A stretch of 64,000 nt of DNA from Cetorhinus maximus (GCF_964194155.1 NC_135904.1:14818001-14882000); one strand, 5' to 3'; numbered from the stretch's first letter, positions 1-11,720 are shown. Translations and numbers: made by a program. Notes: generated by a model not told the origin, from the sequence alone.

Positions 1-463
1 AGTTTTCCCATTTCAGAAAAAAAAGTTTATTATACTTAAACTGTATGTTTAGTCAGCAGTAAGGCTGGATACTTATCTCTAAATAAGAAAGCCATCTCTT
101 GGGTGATGTGGTCAGATTTTTTAGTAGAGGTATTCAGCATTCTTACAGGACCAGATACATGCTATAACTCTGCTAACAGTTTAAGCTTTCCAGAGAAAGA
201 TTAGATAGATATAAACTTAAATCAGAGTTGCTGCAACTGTCCTCCTCACCCCAGTCCCAGAGTGGGGGGAAAATAATCAGCAGGAAAGTAAACCAGAGTC
301 CCTTATGGTGATCGCCGCCGAAAAATGAATGATTTGCTGAGCTTTGCCGCCTCTCTCAATTAAACGGGGGACTGGCTCCCAGAACCTAGCTACTTGCACA
401 AAATGTTCACCAGTAATAGGAATGATCACCTGAGCACCATCTCACTGCAACTACTGTCACTAA

Positions 464-560
464 CAAAACAGACACTCCACCAAAACCAGACACTCCACCA
501 AAACCAGACACTCCACCAGAAACAGACACTCCACCAGAAACAGACACTCCACCAAAACCA
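464..560. repeat. 18-bp minisatellite (CAAAACCAGACACTCCAC), about 5.4 copies
   Basis: Units at 464, 481, 499, 517 and 535, plus a partial unit at 553; variants CAAAACC/CAGAAAC. Confidence 0.95.
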
Positions 561-599
561 CCTCATGTCCAATTTCTTAAGCTGGACAAGGCAGTGCCT

Positions 600-1450
600 T
601 TGGTTCGGGGGCCGGGGGGGAGAGTTATATTTCTGTCTCGGTTGCTGGGGGGGGGGGGGGGGGACACCCTATCCCATGGGCTCTTTCTGTGCCCCTTTTC
701 CCCAGTTCCCCTCACATTTACCCCTCACCCCCCGGGGCCGGTGCCGGTGCCCCCGGGGCGAGGCAGGGGAATGGGCGAAAGCGGCTTTCCCGGGAGGCCA
801 GAAACAACCAGCCGAGCCCTTCACCGGGGGCGGGGGGTACGGAGCCCCCGCCGCCGTGGCGGCTCCCGCTTCACTGGGCGGCCCGGGGGGGTGGGGGGGG
901 AAGTCACAGGAAGCGGGCGGGCGGCCCGGGGCCTTTCCGGGGGAAGTCCATTCTCCTTTCAGGCGCCGAGAGAAAGATCAACTTCCACATCCGGTAGGCC
1001 ATCGCCTCAGCGTGACCTGGAAAAGCTTCAACCGTCCGCCCGCCCCGTACCCAACAGAGCGCCGAGTCCGGGCAGCTCCACACCGGGCCGGGCAGCGCCA
1101 GGCCAAGGCCAGGGCCAGGGGCCTGAGTCCCGGTCCCCGATCACCCCCTTCCCACCCACCCACCACCATCGGCCCGCTACTCACTCTCGGTCCGTCAATG
1201 AGTGAGCCCGGGGGCCCCCCCCATACCTACCTCGACGGTCGGTGCGGTCGCTCAGGCCAAGGTGCCGCTTGGTCGCACAGGCCGGGCCGCTGGCGGGAGG
1301 AGGCCCCGCGGAAGGAGCGAGCACAAAGCGGACCGCGGAGGGTGAGGGTGAGCACACGTGACCCCCGGCCCGCGCGCTCAGGCTGCCCGCCGCCATCTTG
1401 GTGAAGGAGCGAACAACAACTTGCATTTGGCCAGCGCACCTCGCGAGGTG
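600..1450 (-). promoter_or_regulatory. CpG-island promoter of a leftward-transcribed gene (probably GABPB1)
   Basis: Very GC/CpG-rich. YY1 motif CCGCCATCTT at 1390-1399 (AAGATGGCGG on -), several ETS GGAA cores (~908, 935-947, 981, 1309) and GC boxes. GABPB1 lies head-to-head upstream of USP8 in human. Confidence 0.8.
1017..1400 (-). other. GABPB1: Probable non-coding first exon(s) of GABPB1; coding exons lie left of the window
   Basis: Minus-strand donors GAAGCTTTTCCAG|GTCACG (exon end 1017) and CGAG|GTAGGT (exon end 1231). GAAGCTTTTCCAG resembles my recollection of the sequence just before the GABPB1 ATG. Synteny supports the call; no coding sequence is visible. Confidence 0.45.
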
Positions 1451-1570
1451 CCACGCTGAGAGGTGTTAGGGCAGGACAGGGGGGGGGAAAAACATGGTCA
1501 ATGAGGTAGGGCCCCCTCCAGCCTGCTCCACCATTCATTAAGATCACAGCTCATCTGGTTTTGGCTTTAG

Positions 1571-3822
1571 CCCACCCAGGATTACAGGTATCTCCGGGAC
1601 ACAGGGAATGTCTACCTTGAGGAAGCTTTGTTTTTCGAATCTCTCTCTTGCCTTGTTCACCTTCATTGCTTTCCACTTCTCTCCTGGTGTTTGACAAGGT
1701 GTTTACTAAAACCCGCTTTCACAGCCATATTTCCTTTCTCAGTGACTGTCTCCGTCTCCGACTCACCCCATGTGGATTTCAACTGAAATTCCATCCCTCA
1801 TGTTTCGAACCCACCCAGGATTACAGGTATCTCCGGGACAGACCGATCGTGTCAGCCTGTTCCTGCCCCACGGAACTCATTTCTCGCTACCGTGACTCCC
1901 TTCTCTCTCCCCTTGTCCAGTCCCTTCCCACCTACATCTGTGATCCCTCTGACACCTTACGTCACATCAACAATTTCCAGTTCCCTGGCCCCAACCGCTT
2001 CCTCTTCACCATGGATGTCCAATCCCTCTACACCTCCATCCCCCACCAGGATGGTCTGAGGGCTCTCAGCTTCTTCCTCGAACAGAGGCCCGAACAATCC
2101 CCATCCACCACTACTCTCCTCCGTCTGGCTGAACTTGTTCTCACACTGAACAATTTCTCCTTTAACTCCTCTCACTTCCTCCAAATAAAAGGTGTGGCTA
2201 TGGGTACCCGCATGGGCCCCAGCTATGCCTGTCTCTTTATGGGGAACCCCATTCCTTGTTCCAGTCGTACTCCGGTCCCCTCCCACAACTCCTTCTCCGG
2301 TACATCGATGATTACTTCAGTGCTGCTTCATGCTCTCGTCGGGACCTGGAAAAATTTATTAATTTTGCTTCCAATCTCCACCCCTCCATCATTTTCACAT
2401 GGTCCATCTCTGACACTACCCTTCCCTTCCTTGACCTCTCTTGTCTCAATTTCTGGTGATAGACTGTCCACCAATATCCATTACAAGCCTACCGACTCCC
2501 ACAGCTACCTCGACTACAGCTCCTCACACCCCGCTTCCTGTAAGGACTCCATCCCATTCTCTCAGTTCCTTCACCTCCGTTGCATCTGTTCTCATGATGC
2601 TACCTTCAAAAACAGTTCCTCTGATATGTCCTCCTTCTTCCTTATCCGAGGTTTTCCACCCACGGTAGTTGACAGGGCCCTCAACCGTGTCTGGCCCATC
2701 TCCCACGCATCCGCCCTCACGCCTTCTCCTCCCTCCCAGAAACATGATAGGGTCCCCCTTGTCCTCACCTATCACCCCACCAGCCTCCGCATTCAAAGGA
2801 TCATCCTCTGCCATTTCTGCCAACTCCAGCATGATGCCACCACCAAACACATCTTCCCTTCACCCCCCCCGGCGGCATTCCGTAGGGATCGTTCCCTCCG
2901 TGACACCCTGGTCCACTCCTCCATTACTCCCTACTCATCAACCCCCTCCTACGGCATCTCCCCATGCAAACGCAGAACATGCAACACCTGCCCCTTCACT
3001 TCCTCTCTCCTCACCGTCCAAGGGCCCAAACACTCCTTTCAAGTGAAGCAGCATTTCACTTGCATTTCCCCCAACTTAGTCTACTGCATTCGTTGCTCCC
3101 AATGCGGTTTCCTCTACATTGGAGAGACCAAACGCAGACTGGGTGATCGCTTTGCAGAACACCTTCGGTCTGTCCGCAAGCATTACCCAGACCTCCCTGT
3201 CGCTTGCCATTTTAACACTCCACCCTGCTCTCTTGCCCACATGTCTGTCCTTGGCCTGCTGCATTGTTCCAGTGAAGCTCAACGCAAACTGGAGGAACAG
3301 CACCTCATCTTCCGACTAGGCACTTTACAGCCTTCTGGACTGAATATTGAGTTCAACAATTTTAGATCTTGAACTCCCTCCTCCATCCCCACCCCCTTTC
3401 CGTTTCTTCCCCCTCCTTTTTGTTTTTTCCAATAATTTATATAGATTTTTCTTTTCTCACCTATTTCCATTATTTTTAAATGTATTCCACCCATTGTTTA
3501 TTTCACCCCACCCCCACTAGAGCTACCTTGCTTGTCGTGCTGTCCACTCTTAATTAGCACATTCTTTTAGATAATATCACCACCTTCAACACCTCTCTGT
3601 TCTTTTGTCTGTGACATCTTTTGGTTATCTCCTCCTATCACTGCTTGCTTGTCCCAACAACCACCCCCCCCCCCGCCCCCCCCCCCTTAAACCAGCTTAT
3701 ATTTCACCCTTTTCCTATTTTTACTTAGTTCTGTTGAAGGGTCTTGAGGACTCGAAACGTCAACTGTGCTCTTCTCCGCCGATGCTGCCAGACCTGCTGA
3801 GTTTTTCCAGGTGTTTTTGTTT
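1571..3822 (+). mobile_element. Penelope-like retroelement (RT + GIY-YIG endonuclease, Neptune-like), internally deleted and frameshifted
   Basis: RT motifs RPIVS, TMDVQSLYTSIP and QIKGVAMGTRMGPSYA; RYIDDY lies in another frame (2256-2459). Cys-rich linker CKRRTCNTC and GIY-YIG NLVYCIRCSQCGFLYIGETKRRLGDRFAEH, stop at 3372. 3' hammerhead. Flanking repeat TGGTTTTGGC at 1556-1565 and 3823-3832. Confidence 0.93.
3727..3765 (+). ncRNA. Minimal type I hammerhead ribozyme in the Penelope 3' end (A6U core variant)
   Basis: AGTT-CTGTTGA-A-GGGTC ttgag GACTC-GAAAC-GTC^-AACT: stem I AGTT/AACT, stem II GGGTC/GACTC, GAAA core, GUC cleavage triplet. Confidence 0.75.
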
Positions 3823-4094
3823 TGGTTTTGGCCTTTACTCCATTTTCCTGCTTGTCCCCCATCACACTTGAGCCTCTTGTATCCCAAACTCCACAGCTCT
3901 GGGGTAGAGAATTCCAAAGATTCATCCCCTCCAAGTGAGGAAATTTCTCCTAACCTCTGCCTGTCTCTCCTAAATAATATTTTGCTTTTCCGTTCCTCCT
4001 ACCAAAAGTGGGTAACTTCACATTTTTGCCAAAGTTTTGCCCAGCCGTTTAACCTACTGATATCCCATTGCATACTCCTGTCCCTCGAGGGGAT

Positions 4095-4695
4095 TTGAGT
4101 ACAAGAATAAAGAAGTCTTACTACAGTTGTACAGGGTTTTGGTGAGATTGCATCTGGAGTACTGTGTGTAGTTTTGGTCTCCACATTTAAGAAAGGATAT
4201 ACTCGTATTTTAGACGGTGCTGTGAAATTGGCCCCTGGAATGATAGGATTGTCTCATGATTAGAGGCTGTGTGAATTGGCTTATATTCTCTGGAGTTTAG
4301 AAGAATGAGAGGCGATCTCATTGAAATCTGCAAAATTTTGAAGGGGCTTCATAGGGTGAACACAGAGAGATTGTTTCCATTGGTTGGGGAATCTAAAACA
4401 CGGGGTCACAGCCTGAGGATAAGGGGCTGATCATTTAGGACTGAGATGGGGAAAATTTCTTCACTAAAAGGATTGTGAATCTTTGGAATTCTCTACCCCA
4501 GAGTGTCGTGGATGCTCCATCATTGAATACATTTAAGGCTGGGATAGACAGATTTTTGGTCTCAGGGAATTAAAGGAATAGGGGGGGTGAGGCAGGAAAA
4601 TGGAGTTGAAGCCCAAGATCAGCCATGAGTGTATTGAATGGTGGAGCAGGCTTGATGGGCTATGTGGTCCACAGCTGCTTCTATTTCTTATGTTC
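4095..4695 (+). mobile_element. CR1 LINE 3' end
   Basis: Remnant of LYRVLVRLHLEYCV, followed by GAGTTTAGAAGAATGAGAGG and the tail GATCAGCCATGA...GAATGGTGGAGCAGGCT...TTCTTATGTTCT. Confidence 0.85.
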
Positions 4696-4877
4696 TCCCC
4701 TACTTATTTTTGTATCATCAGAAAATTTGGCTACCACACACTTGGTCCCTTCATCCAAGCCATTAATATAGATTATAAATAGTTGAGGCCTGAGCACTGA
4801 TGCCTGTGTTTGCCAACCAGAAAATGGCTCATTTATCCTGACTCTTGTTTCCTGTTAGTTAGCCAATCCTTAAGAAC

Positions 4878-5060
4878 ATCCAAAAGGAGGAAAGAGAGGG
4901 AAATGGGTTCAGGTAGGGAATTCCAGAGCCCAGGCAGCTGAAGGCACTGCCATCACTGATGGAATAATGGAAATTGGGGATGGCCAGGAGGCAAGAATTA
5001 GAGGAGTGCAGAGATCTCGGAGGGTTGTGCAGATTACAGCGATAGAACAGGGCAATGATG
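4878..5060 (-). mobile_element. L2-type LINE 3' fragment
   Basis: Reverse complement resembles the L2 tail at 22905-23220 (CCCTCCGAGATCTCTGCACTCCTCTAATTCT...GGAATTCCCT). Confidence 0.6.
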
Positions 5061-5399
5061 CCTGAATTATTGGACTGTTGGATGAAGGCCTGCATCTGTC
5101 ATTGTACAACATCACCTCTGCCTCACTTGTTGCTCCAATCCTGGAATTTTTGATCTAAGAATATTATGGATTACATTGATACAAGGACAGCAGTAGCTTG
5201 AGGAAAAGGCACACCAGCATGTTCTCAGGATGGATATTAAATATGCAGCGTTGCCTAATTCTGGGGACATTTGAATCTGGGAATCTTCATGTGCGTGGCT
5301 TTACATTAAATAATAATGTAGATCTTTTAGAAGCATGTGTGTCCGAGTCATCGCAAGTGATTTGACCTGAAAATCCGATTGTACGGCTCTACATTCACT

Positions 5400-5790
5400 T
5401 ACCCTCCCACACCCCCCCTCCACTCCCCTCCCCCCTCCGCTCCCCTCCCCATCCCCTCCCCCTCACTCCCCTCCCCCCCCACCACCCCACTTCCCCCCCA
5501 CCTCCCCTTCCCCCCACTTCCCCCTGCCCACCTTCCCTCCGCTCCCCTCCCCTCCCCCACCACCCCCCTCCCCCCCCCACCACCCCCCTCCCCTTCCCCC
5601 CCCCACCACCCCCCTCCCCTTCCCCCCCCCACCACCCCCCTCCCCTTCCCCCCCCCACCACCCCCCTCCCCTTCCCCCCCATTCCCCCTCCCCACCTCCC
5701 CCTGCCCACCTTCCCTTTCCCACCACCCCCTCCCCTTCCCCCCATTCCCCCTGCCCACCTCCCCTTTCCCTCACCCTCCCCTTCCCCCAC
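5400..5790. repeat. C-rich degenerate minisatellite (G-quadruplex/triplex-prone)
   Basis: About 390 bp of C runs, with recurring CCCCCTCCCCTTCCCCCCC(C)ACCA and CCCCTGCCCACCT units. Confidence 0.9.
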
Positions 5791-5791
5791 T

Positions 5792-6008
5792 CATGGAATG
5801 GGAAGATTAATGACAGCTTGGATTTTTTTTAAAATTGGCTTAAGAAAAGAAAGCAACAAGTTGTGATAGATGGTTGTTTTTCAGACTGGAAAATGGTAGA
5901 CCGTGGTGTTCTCCAAGGTTCAGTACTAGGACCATTGCTTTTTTTAGTATGAATAAGTGACTTGGCTATTGGAATACAGAGTAAAGTTTCAAAATTTTCC
6001 AATATTAC
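5792..6008 (+). mobile_element. CR1 RT fragment interrupted at 6009
   Basis: Degenerate GVPQGSVLGPLLF...SKF(A)DDT coding sequence (GGTGTTCTCCAAGGTTCAGTACTAGGACCATTGCTT). Confidence 0.75.
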
Positions 6009-8830
6009 TGTCAGGGACAGAATTTGAGTTCCTTTTACTGCCCATGATCAGTACGTTTCTATGTAAGAAGTGTGTATTTTCTTACCCTCAGATTGTGGAT
6101 CCCAAATTAAATAATTTCAGCAGTAAACATTTATGAGTTTAAAAACAGAAGGTCATTTACCCCAAAATTACAATGTTTCACTCACTCACACACAAAGTTC
6201 AGATACAGACGAAGACTCTGGGTCATAGTGCGGGGAAAGATCCAGTTAGGGACCAATAATGCTTTGTTTAAAGTAGATAAAGTATGAAATTCAAGATGCT
6301 TACTAAGTGAATAAAGCCACACAATTCCACTGGTTTTGAACAAAAAAAATAAACTTTACTATACAAGTTCAGAAAGATAAAACAATTTACAATATGTATC
6401 TTATACTCTAACATTCAGGGTAAATATGAGGTGTGTGTGAATGAACAGGTGTGGTCGGACACACCATACTACACAATAGATGACAGATGTGACCGTAACA
6501 GATTCCATAGATTACTCAGCATCTCACCCAGACATCTGTCAAATTGTGAGCCAACCAACCTCACTGAAACTCGTCTTTCTCACGAGGGTTTCCAATCTCC
6601 ACATCTGAAGATCTCGCCATGGAATTCTCTCAAAAGTCGCTCCCACTCAGACGGCTTCAGCAATGACCCACCTCGCAGGGTTTCAATCCCGCCTTCCATG
6701 ATTCTTTTCCCCATGGATTTACGAGTACACTCAAGCATCCTCTTCCCAGCACAATTTAAGATCTTTGGCCGTGCCAAGCAGAACACCACTGCTCCAAAGG
6801 GGTACCTTTGCCCCCGTAGGCCAACAGCACAGAGTCATCAACCTTCAGCTGCCTTCTCAGATCTTCAGGGCTTTTCTCGTATCCATCTCACTTAAAGCCT
6901 GCTCCCTGCAACTCTTTTTTGAATTTGGAGCCGATTATTCCACTCCTTTCTTTTAACTTTACTTAAAGGGACCTATTTATGATCCCTGTCTTTGTCCCTT
7001 ACCTTTTGGGACCTTTCCCTGTTCTCCTCCCGTGTCCTGCTCCCTGGGACACCTACAAGATACTGGCGCCCCACATCAGGCTACCTGACCTGCCGTTTCG
7101 CACCATTCTTTTTCTTTCCTGCTGTGCAGGCGCGCAGGGCTGCTCCTCAGCCTGAAGAGTGTTAAATAACCGAACTGCACATAGGCCCGAGGTTCATCGG
7201 GAATTGGAGTTCCTGGCCTCTGAAGGCAAGGATAGGTTTCTTAACGAGGGTGATGGTCAGCGGTACAGGAAAATCTCTGTTATCTGGCATTCTCTGGAAA
7301 TGGGAGGTGCCGATTAATCAAATATGCCGGCTAGCTGAGATATAAGATTAGTTCCGTGTTCTCATCCAATGAGAAAGCTCCAGGGTGATCACACGGGTGC
7401 TGAGGTCGCAAGAGGTGCGGGAGTGTGTGAATTGAGTGAGTGGTGCTGAGGGGAGATGGTGCTGCAGAGCAGTGAGAGTCTGAGACCGGTGCGAGGACAG
7501 AGCTGATGATTATTACCAGCGAGTTTGACATGCCCAATCAAAAAACAGATCTGACGCCAGAATTCCAGTTAATAGCAAATTCCAGTTGATAGAGTGCCAG
7601 ATAACAGAAATGTTACTGCATATTGTCTTTAAGCCCCTGTGAGGTGTCTGGATTCTCCCCTTGCACCTTATCCTCAGTGGGCTTGGAAATGAACTGCAGG
7701 GTTTAGGTGAATTGAAGTTTTGAACCTGATACGATGGTTCAGTAGACAATTCTACATTAGCTGCCCTTGCGCTTCCCTTCTGGCTTTCACAAGTGAGGCT
7801 CATCTTAGGGTGTATTGACTTACCCTTTTCTGTTAGCTTGGGGATTGGTTTGTCCCCAGCCTGCCCCTTGTCCCCTGGGACATTACTGCCCAGAAGCGGC
7901 TAGCCAGCTTCAGCTGCACTGCTCTGTGGCACTTTGACTGGGTGAGGCATCACATCACTTTCTGGTTTGGGAATTCTGTCCCTATTTAAATCCTGGTAGA
8001 AGATGTCTGATAACGAGTTCAGCCTCTTTAATCTTTTCAAGTTCTACTGGCCTTCCCTTGGCCTTTTTAACTTTTGTGGGCTCCATCCTGACCCTCTTGA
8101 CCTTGGAAGGCTTGCTCCTCACCTCCGTTAAGTCATCTGGCTTTTTTTTTGTGTCCATAATGCCTATTAGTTCTATTGCCCCTCTAGGATGTTAGGCACT
8201 TCCTCAGCACTCTGCAGCTGAGCAGAATTTTGCAGGTTCCCTTCTGTTTCCTCAAACTCTGCACTGCTTTTGACCCATTGGGCACAGTATTTGGTACCCC
8301 CACCAAGTCATTTCCCAACAGTAGGTTCAGTCCCTGTAGGTTTAGCTTGGGACAACCCCGACTGTCATCACACCGATGACCAACTTACGTCACTGGTGAG
8401 GTTTCTCGAGGGGAACGTTTAAAACATATGCCAGTAAGCCCTTTTACTCGCACTGTGATATTTGTCCTGCTTTTAGGCAGCATCTCAGCAACCTTTGCTA
8501 TAAACAGTGTTTGAAAACACAGCTCCCCCTAGCGAAGAAACAGTTTTGTTTGACGTGTCCTGGCTTTCCACAAGCACACAGGGTGGGTTCTGGCTTGTTT
8601 ATTTTCCAGGTTTTTTTTAAAGTTGGGTATTGATCTGACCTACCTTCTCTACTTTCCTTCCCTCTTGAGTCTATGTTTGTTCCATCTAATCTCTCCCTTG
8701 CTGGTAGAAGTTACTAGATCCAAATTTGTTTTGGTTTAGGGGTTATGGTTAATTCGAAGTCATCAGTCATGATGACTGTGTCTCTGACTTTTGAAATCCT
8801 TTGTTCCCCTATGTCGCAAGACTCTTAACC
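6009..8830 (-). mobile_element. Degenerate Gypsy LTR-retrotransposon remnant (gag C-terminus/protease plus LTR-like sequence)
   Basis: Minus-strand translation gives EQRISKVRDTVIMTDDFELTH (~8745-8808, gag) and ...VGVVPS...LLLGNDLVG (~8295-8385, aspartic protease C-terminal GND motif). The boundary at 6009 begins TGT exactly where the CR1 breaks. Confidence 0.65.
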
Positions 8831-9589
8831 AAGAGGGTTTCACTAACCTCTAAGGTCCTCACCCCATACTTAGGTATCAATGACACACAACAAACAATGA
8901 GTACAATTCCCACTTTATGTGGAAGCCTTTATTAATCCACAAAACAATAGTATATACTTATAACACCAATTGCTTAGTAAGACCCACATGCAGAGGTTCA
9001 TTCCTGAGTGGTCAGTCCGCTGAATGAATTCCTCCACATAACTTCCAGTAACTGACCAAATCACACTTCCTGGTTCAGCCCCAATGTCCTTGGGAGCTGT
9101 GGCTTTATACCCCTTTCTGACCCTGGTCTCTCGGCATATAAGGTAATGTCTTAAATCAAGTCATCCAATTGGGTATCAATCCCACCCTGGCCACAGGAGA
9201 CCATCTGCATGTGGTCATTTCCTGCTCTCAGCAGGGGTGTCCGCAGGTACCTGCCAGCATTGGACACGATTTCTGTATCTTGGTAAGGCAGGAAGAATGT
9301 CATTCACACACATACCCAAGAGACCATTATCTAGTTCAGTTTCTGTAATCAGGGTATCTGATGGTTAGCCACCGTCCCAGTGACATGTCCTGACACGTCT
9401 GTGTCTGTCTGTTGTGTGTGTATCTTTGTCTTCAGTCAGAAATCTTCATCAGATGTCCTCTGCACTCCATGTTCCTACCACTCAATTTTAAGCTCAAGAT
9501 ATTGGTCCACCTGACAACTGGTTACATTGTGACACAAGAATAAAGATAATATATATTAAAAAGAAACAGAGAGAGTCTCTGCTCAACGA

Positions 9590-10755
9590 ATGGATGGAAT
9601 CCATCACACCAGGCAATCAAGGAAACAAAAAGAAAAATGCCAAATCTTTGAATGGCAAGTTGGAGTGTCAGGACCATGTGCACAGGACTGACTGATGACT
9701 TGCAGCTAGCTGCTACAAGGCAGCTGTAATCAACATGGAATTAGATAGGCTGAACATTGACATAGCATCCCTAGAGGAGACCAAGCTCACTGAGAGCAGA
9801 TTACTGAAACAAAAACATTACACATTCATCTGGCAAGGAAAGAGTTCAGAAGAAACATGTAAGCAAGATACAAGTTTGACTGTAAGGAACTCACCGCTCC
9901 TGATGATAGAACCCCACCCCCCGCCAACAAATGGTTCAGATATGTTCTCTCTATCTGCCTCTCAACTCAAACAGGGCTAGTTAACTTCATGAGTATCTAT
10001 GCTCCAACACTGTGCTCCAGCAGAGGTGAAAGACCAGTTCTGTGAGAAGCTTGATACTGCTATCAGGAGAATCCCCAAATCAGAACATTCTTACCTGCTT
10101 TAGGATTTCATTACAAAAGGCATAGCTTTCCTGCATTGAACATCATGGCTTGGGAAAGATAAGTAAGAATAACAGAGATTACTTTAGCTTTGCTTCTACC
10201 ACAAGCTTTGTATAACACCTTCTTTCAGAATAAACCATGCCACATGGTGTCCTGGAGACATCCAAGATCAGAGCTTTGGCACCAGCTGTCTGATCATCAC
10301 CAGGCCTGACTTCCTGTTTAGTATTCCCCCCCAACACAGGCAGCTACCACAGTGCTGACTGTGATATAGATCACTCCCTAATGTGCACTAGGCTGAAGAT
10401 GCAACCCTTGAAGATTTTTCATTCAAAGCAGAAATGACGCCCTGGTATCAGCTTCAGCCACACTGCCTACCCAGATAAAAAGCAACAGTTCCTCAGCTCA
10501 ATTGAACAGGCGCTCTCCGGAATGCCCACACAGTGCAGAAGCAAAACGGAATGTATTCCAAGACACCATCTACAATACCACACTCTCAACATATAGGAAG
10601 CAAGAGCAGAAAATTGCTGACTGGTTCAAGGCTAACATCACTGTGGTGGGACCTATCATTGAAGCCAAGCAGTGCACTTCTATTCATTTTCAAGAGAGAT
10701 CCAACCGAGAAAACTCTGAATGCACTAAGAGCTGCTCGCAGTAAAGTCCAACAGA
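9590..10755 (+). mobile_element. RTE-clade LINE 5' part (APE endonuclease), degenerate
   Basis: ASWSVRTM, ELDRLNIDIASLEETKL...YTFIWQGK, SIYAPTL, VSWRHPRS..WHQL and SADCDIDHSL. Confidence 0.85.
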
Positions 10756-10784
10756 CTAGGGCAGTGCGCCAACGACTGCAAAGC

Positions 10785-11250
10785 TCAGGCTGGGCCACAA
10801 CTGGAGTATTGTGTCCATTTCTAGTCAGCACAATTTAAGAAGGATGTGAAGGGTCTTGATGTGGATGCAGAGGAGATTTTCTGGGATAATTCCTGAACGA
10901 GGGATTTTAGTTACAAGGTTAGCTTGGAGAAACTGGGGTTGTTCTCCTTGGAGCAAAGGAGATTTGATAAAGGGGTATAATATTATGACAGGTTTAGATG
11001 AGATGGACAAAGAAAAGCTGTTCCGGTTAACTTGATGGTGCAAAGGGTTAGAGGATATAGATTTAAAGGAGATGCGGGCTGGGGAATGTGACAAACCTTT
11101 TTAGCAGCGACTTGGAACTCAGTGTAAAAGTGGTGGAAGCGGAGATGATACATTTCAAAGGGAAGTTGGTTGGGCACTTCAGTAAAATAAACTTGCAGGG
11201 CTGCAAAGAGTTAGTTTAGACTGAATGGCCTCCTCCTGTGCCGTTATGAC
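10785..11250 (+). mobile_element. CR1 LINE 3' end
   Basis: GGCCACAACTGGAGTATTGTGTCCA (PQLEYCV), LEKLGLFSLEQR, and the tail CTGAATGGCCTCCTCCTGTGCCG. Confidence 0.8.
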
Positions 11251-11284
11251 TGTAATTGCATCCCCCAGGCTATGTTACAGTCCC

Positions 11285-11720
11285 GTTATAAATATTGGGG
11301 GGACGCGCATGCGCCTTGTTAAACTCCTTTAACAAGATGGCGGACGCGCAGGCGCGGTGAGCGGCGTCATGTGATGTGGCTGTGGGTTGTCCGGGAGCCG
11401 GGGATCGGCGGTCGTTGCTGTCAGGGTGACGAAGGGACGGAGAACTCGGGCTCTACACCGCTCTCTGGGCCTGCTCTGCCCCATCGCGGGTACGGTGCGT
11501 CCTACACTGGCTGTATGCGTGTGGGTGTGGGCAGGGACTGGGGAGTGGCTGAGGCTGTTAACCGGGCCTGGGGCCTACTGACTGACTGACTGACCGACCG
11601 CTGCTGCGGGGGGCGGGTCTGGCCTGTTCTAGCTTCAAACCCTGGGATTGGGCTCCCGTTCCCGCTGGCGGCTCGGGGCAGGTTGCCCTTTGAAAACCGT
11701 TTGTGTCTGGAGCCGCTCAC
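11285..11720 (+). promoter_or_regulatory. USP8: USP8 CpG-island promoter and non-coding exon 1
   Basis: NRF1-type sites GCGCATGCGC (11305-11314) and GCGCAGGCGC (11346-11355); YY1 AAGATGGCGG (11334-11343); candidate donors GG|GTACGG/GTGCGT near 11490. This is the only CpG island between the left island and the first coding exon. Confidence 0.8.

Larger units (their letters stand above)
1500..4094 (-). mobile_element. CR1 LINE 3' fragment (1500-1570 and 3823-4094) split by the Penelope insertion
   Basis: CCTGCTCCACCATTCATTAAGATCACAGCT...TGGTTTTGGC resumes after 3823 as ...ACTCCATTTTCCTGC...GAATTCCAAAGATTC, the reverse complement of the CR1 tail seen at 4480-4690. Confidence 0.7.

Noticed and set aside
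464-560. Possible CRISPR-like array
   Set aside because: Head-to-tail units with no unique spacers, in vertebrate DNA; it is a minisatellite.
394-1404. 336-aa + strand ORF and overlapping ORFs
   Set aside because: A stop-poor GC-rich CpG island plus an 18-bp minisatellite; non-ATG start and no recognisable domain.
1648-3372. 574-aa ORF as an intact, active Penelope RT-endonuclease or a host gene
   Set aside because: The catalytic YIDD is out of frame between compensating frameshifts, and the N-terminal region is deleted.
5379-5810. Pro-rich and Gly-rich ORFs
   Set aside because: Translations of a C-rich low-complexity tract.
8830-9535. Possible second LTR
   Set aside because: LTR-like in texture, but I could not match it to 6009-7500 or find a TSD or PBS.
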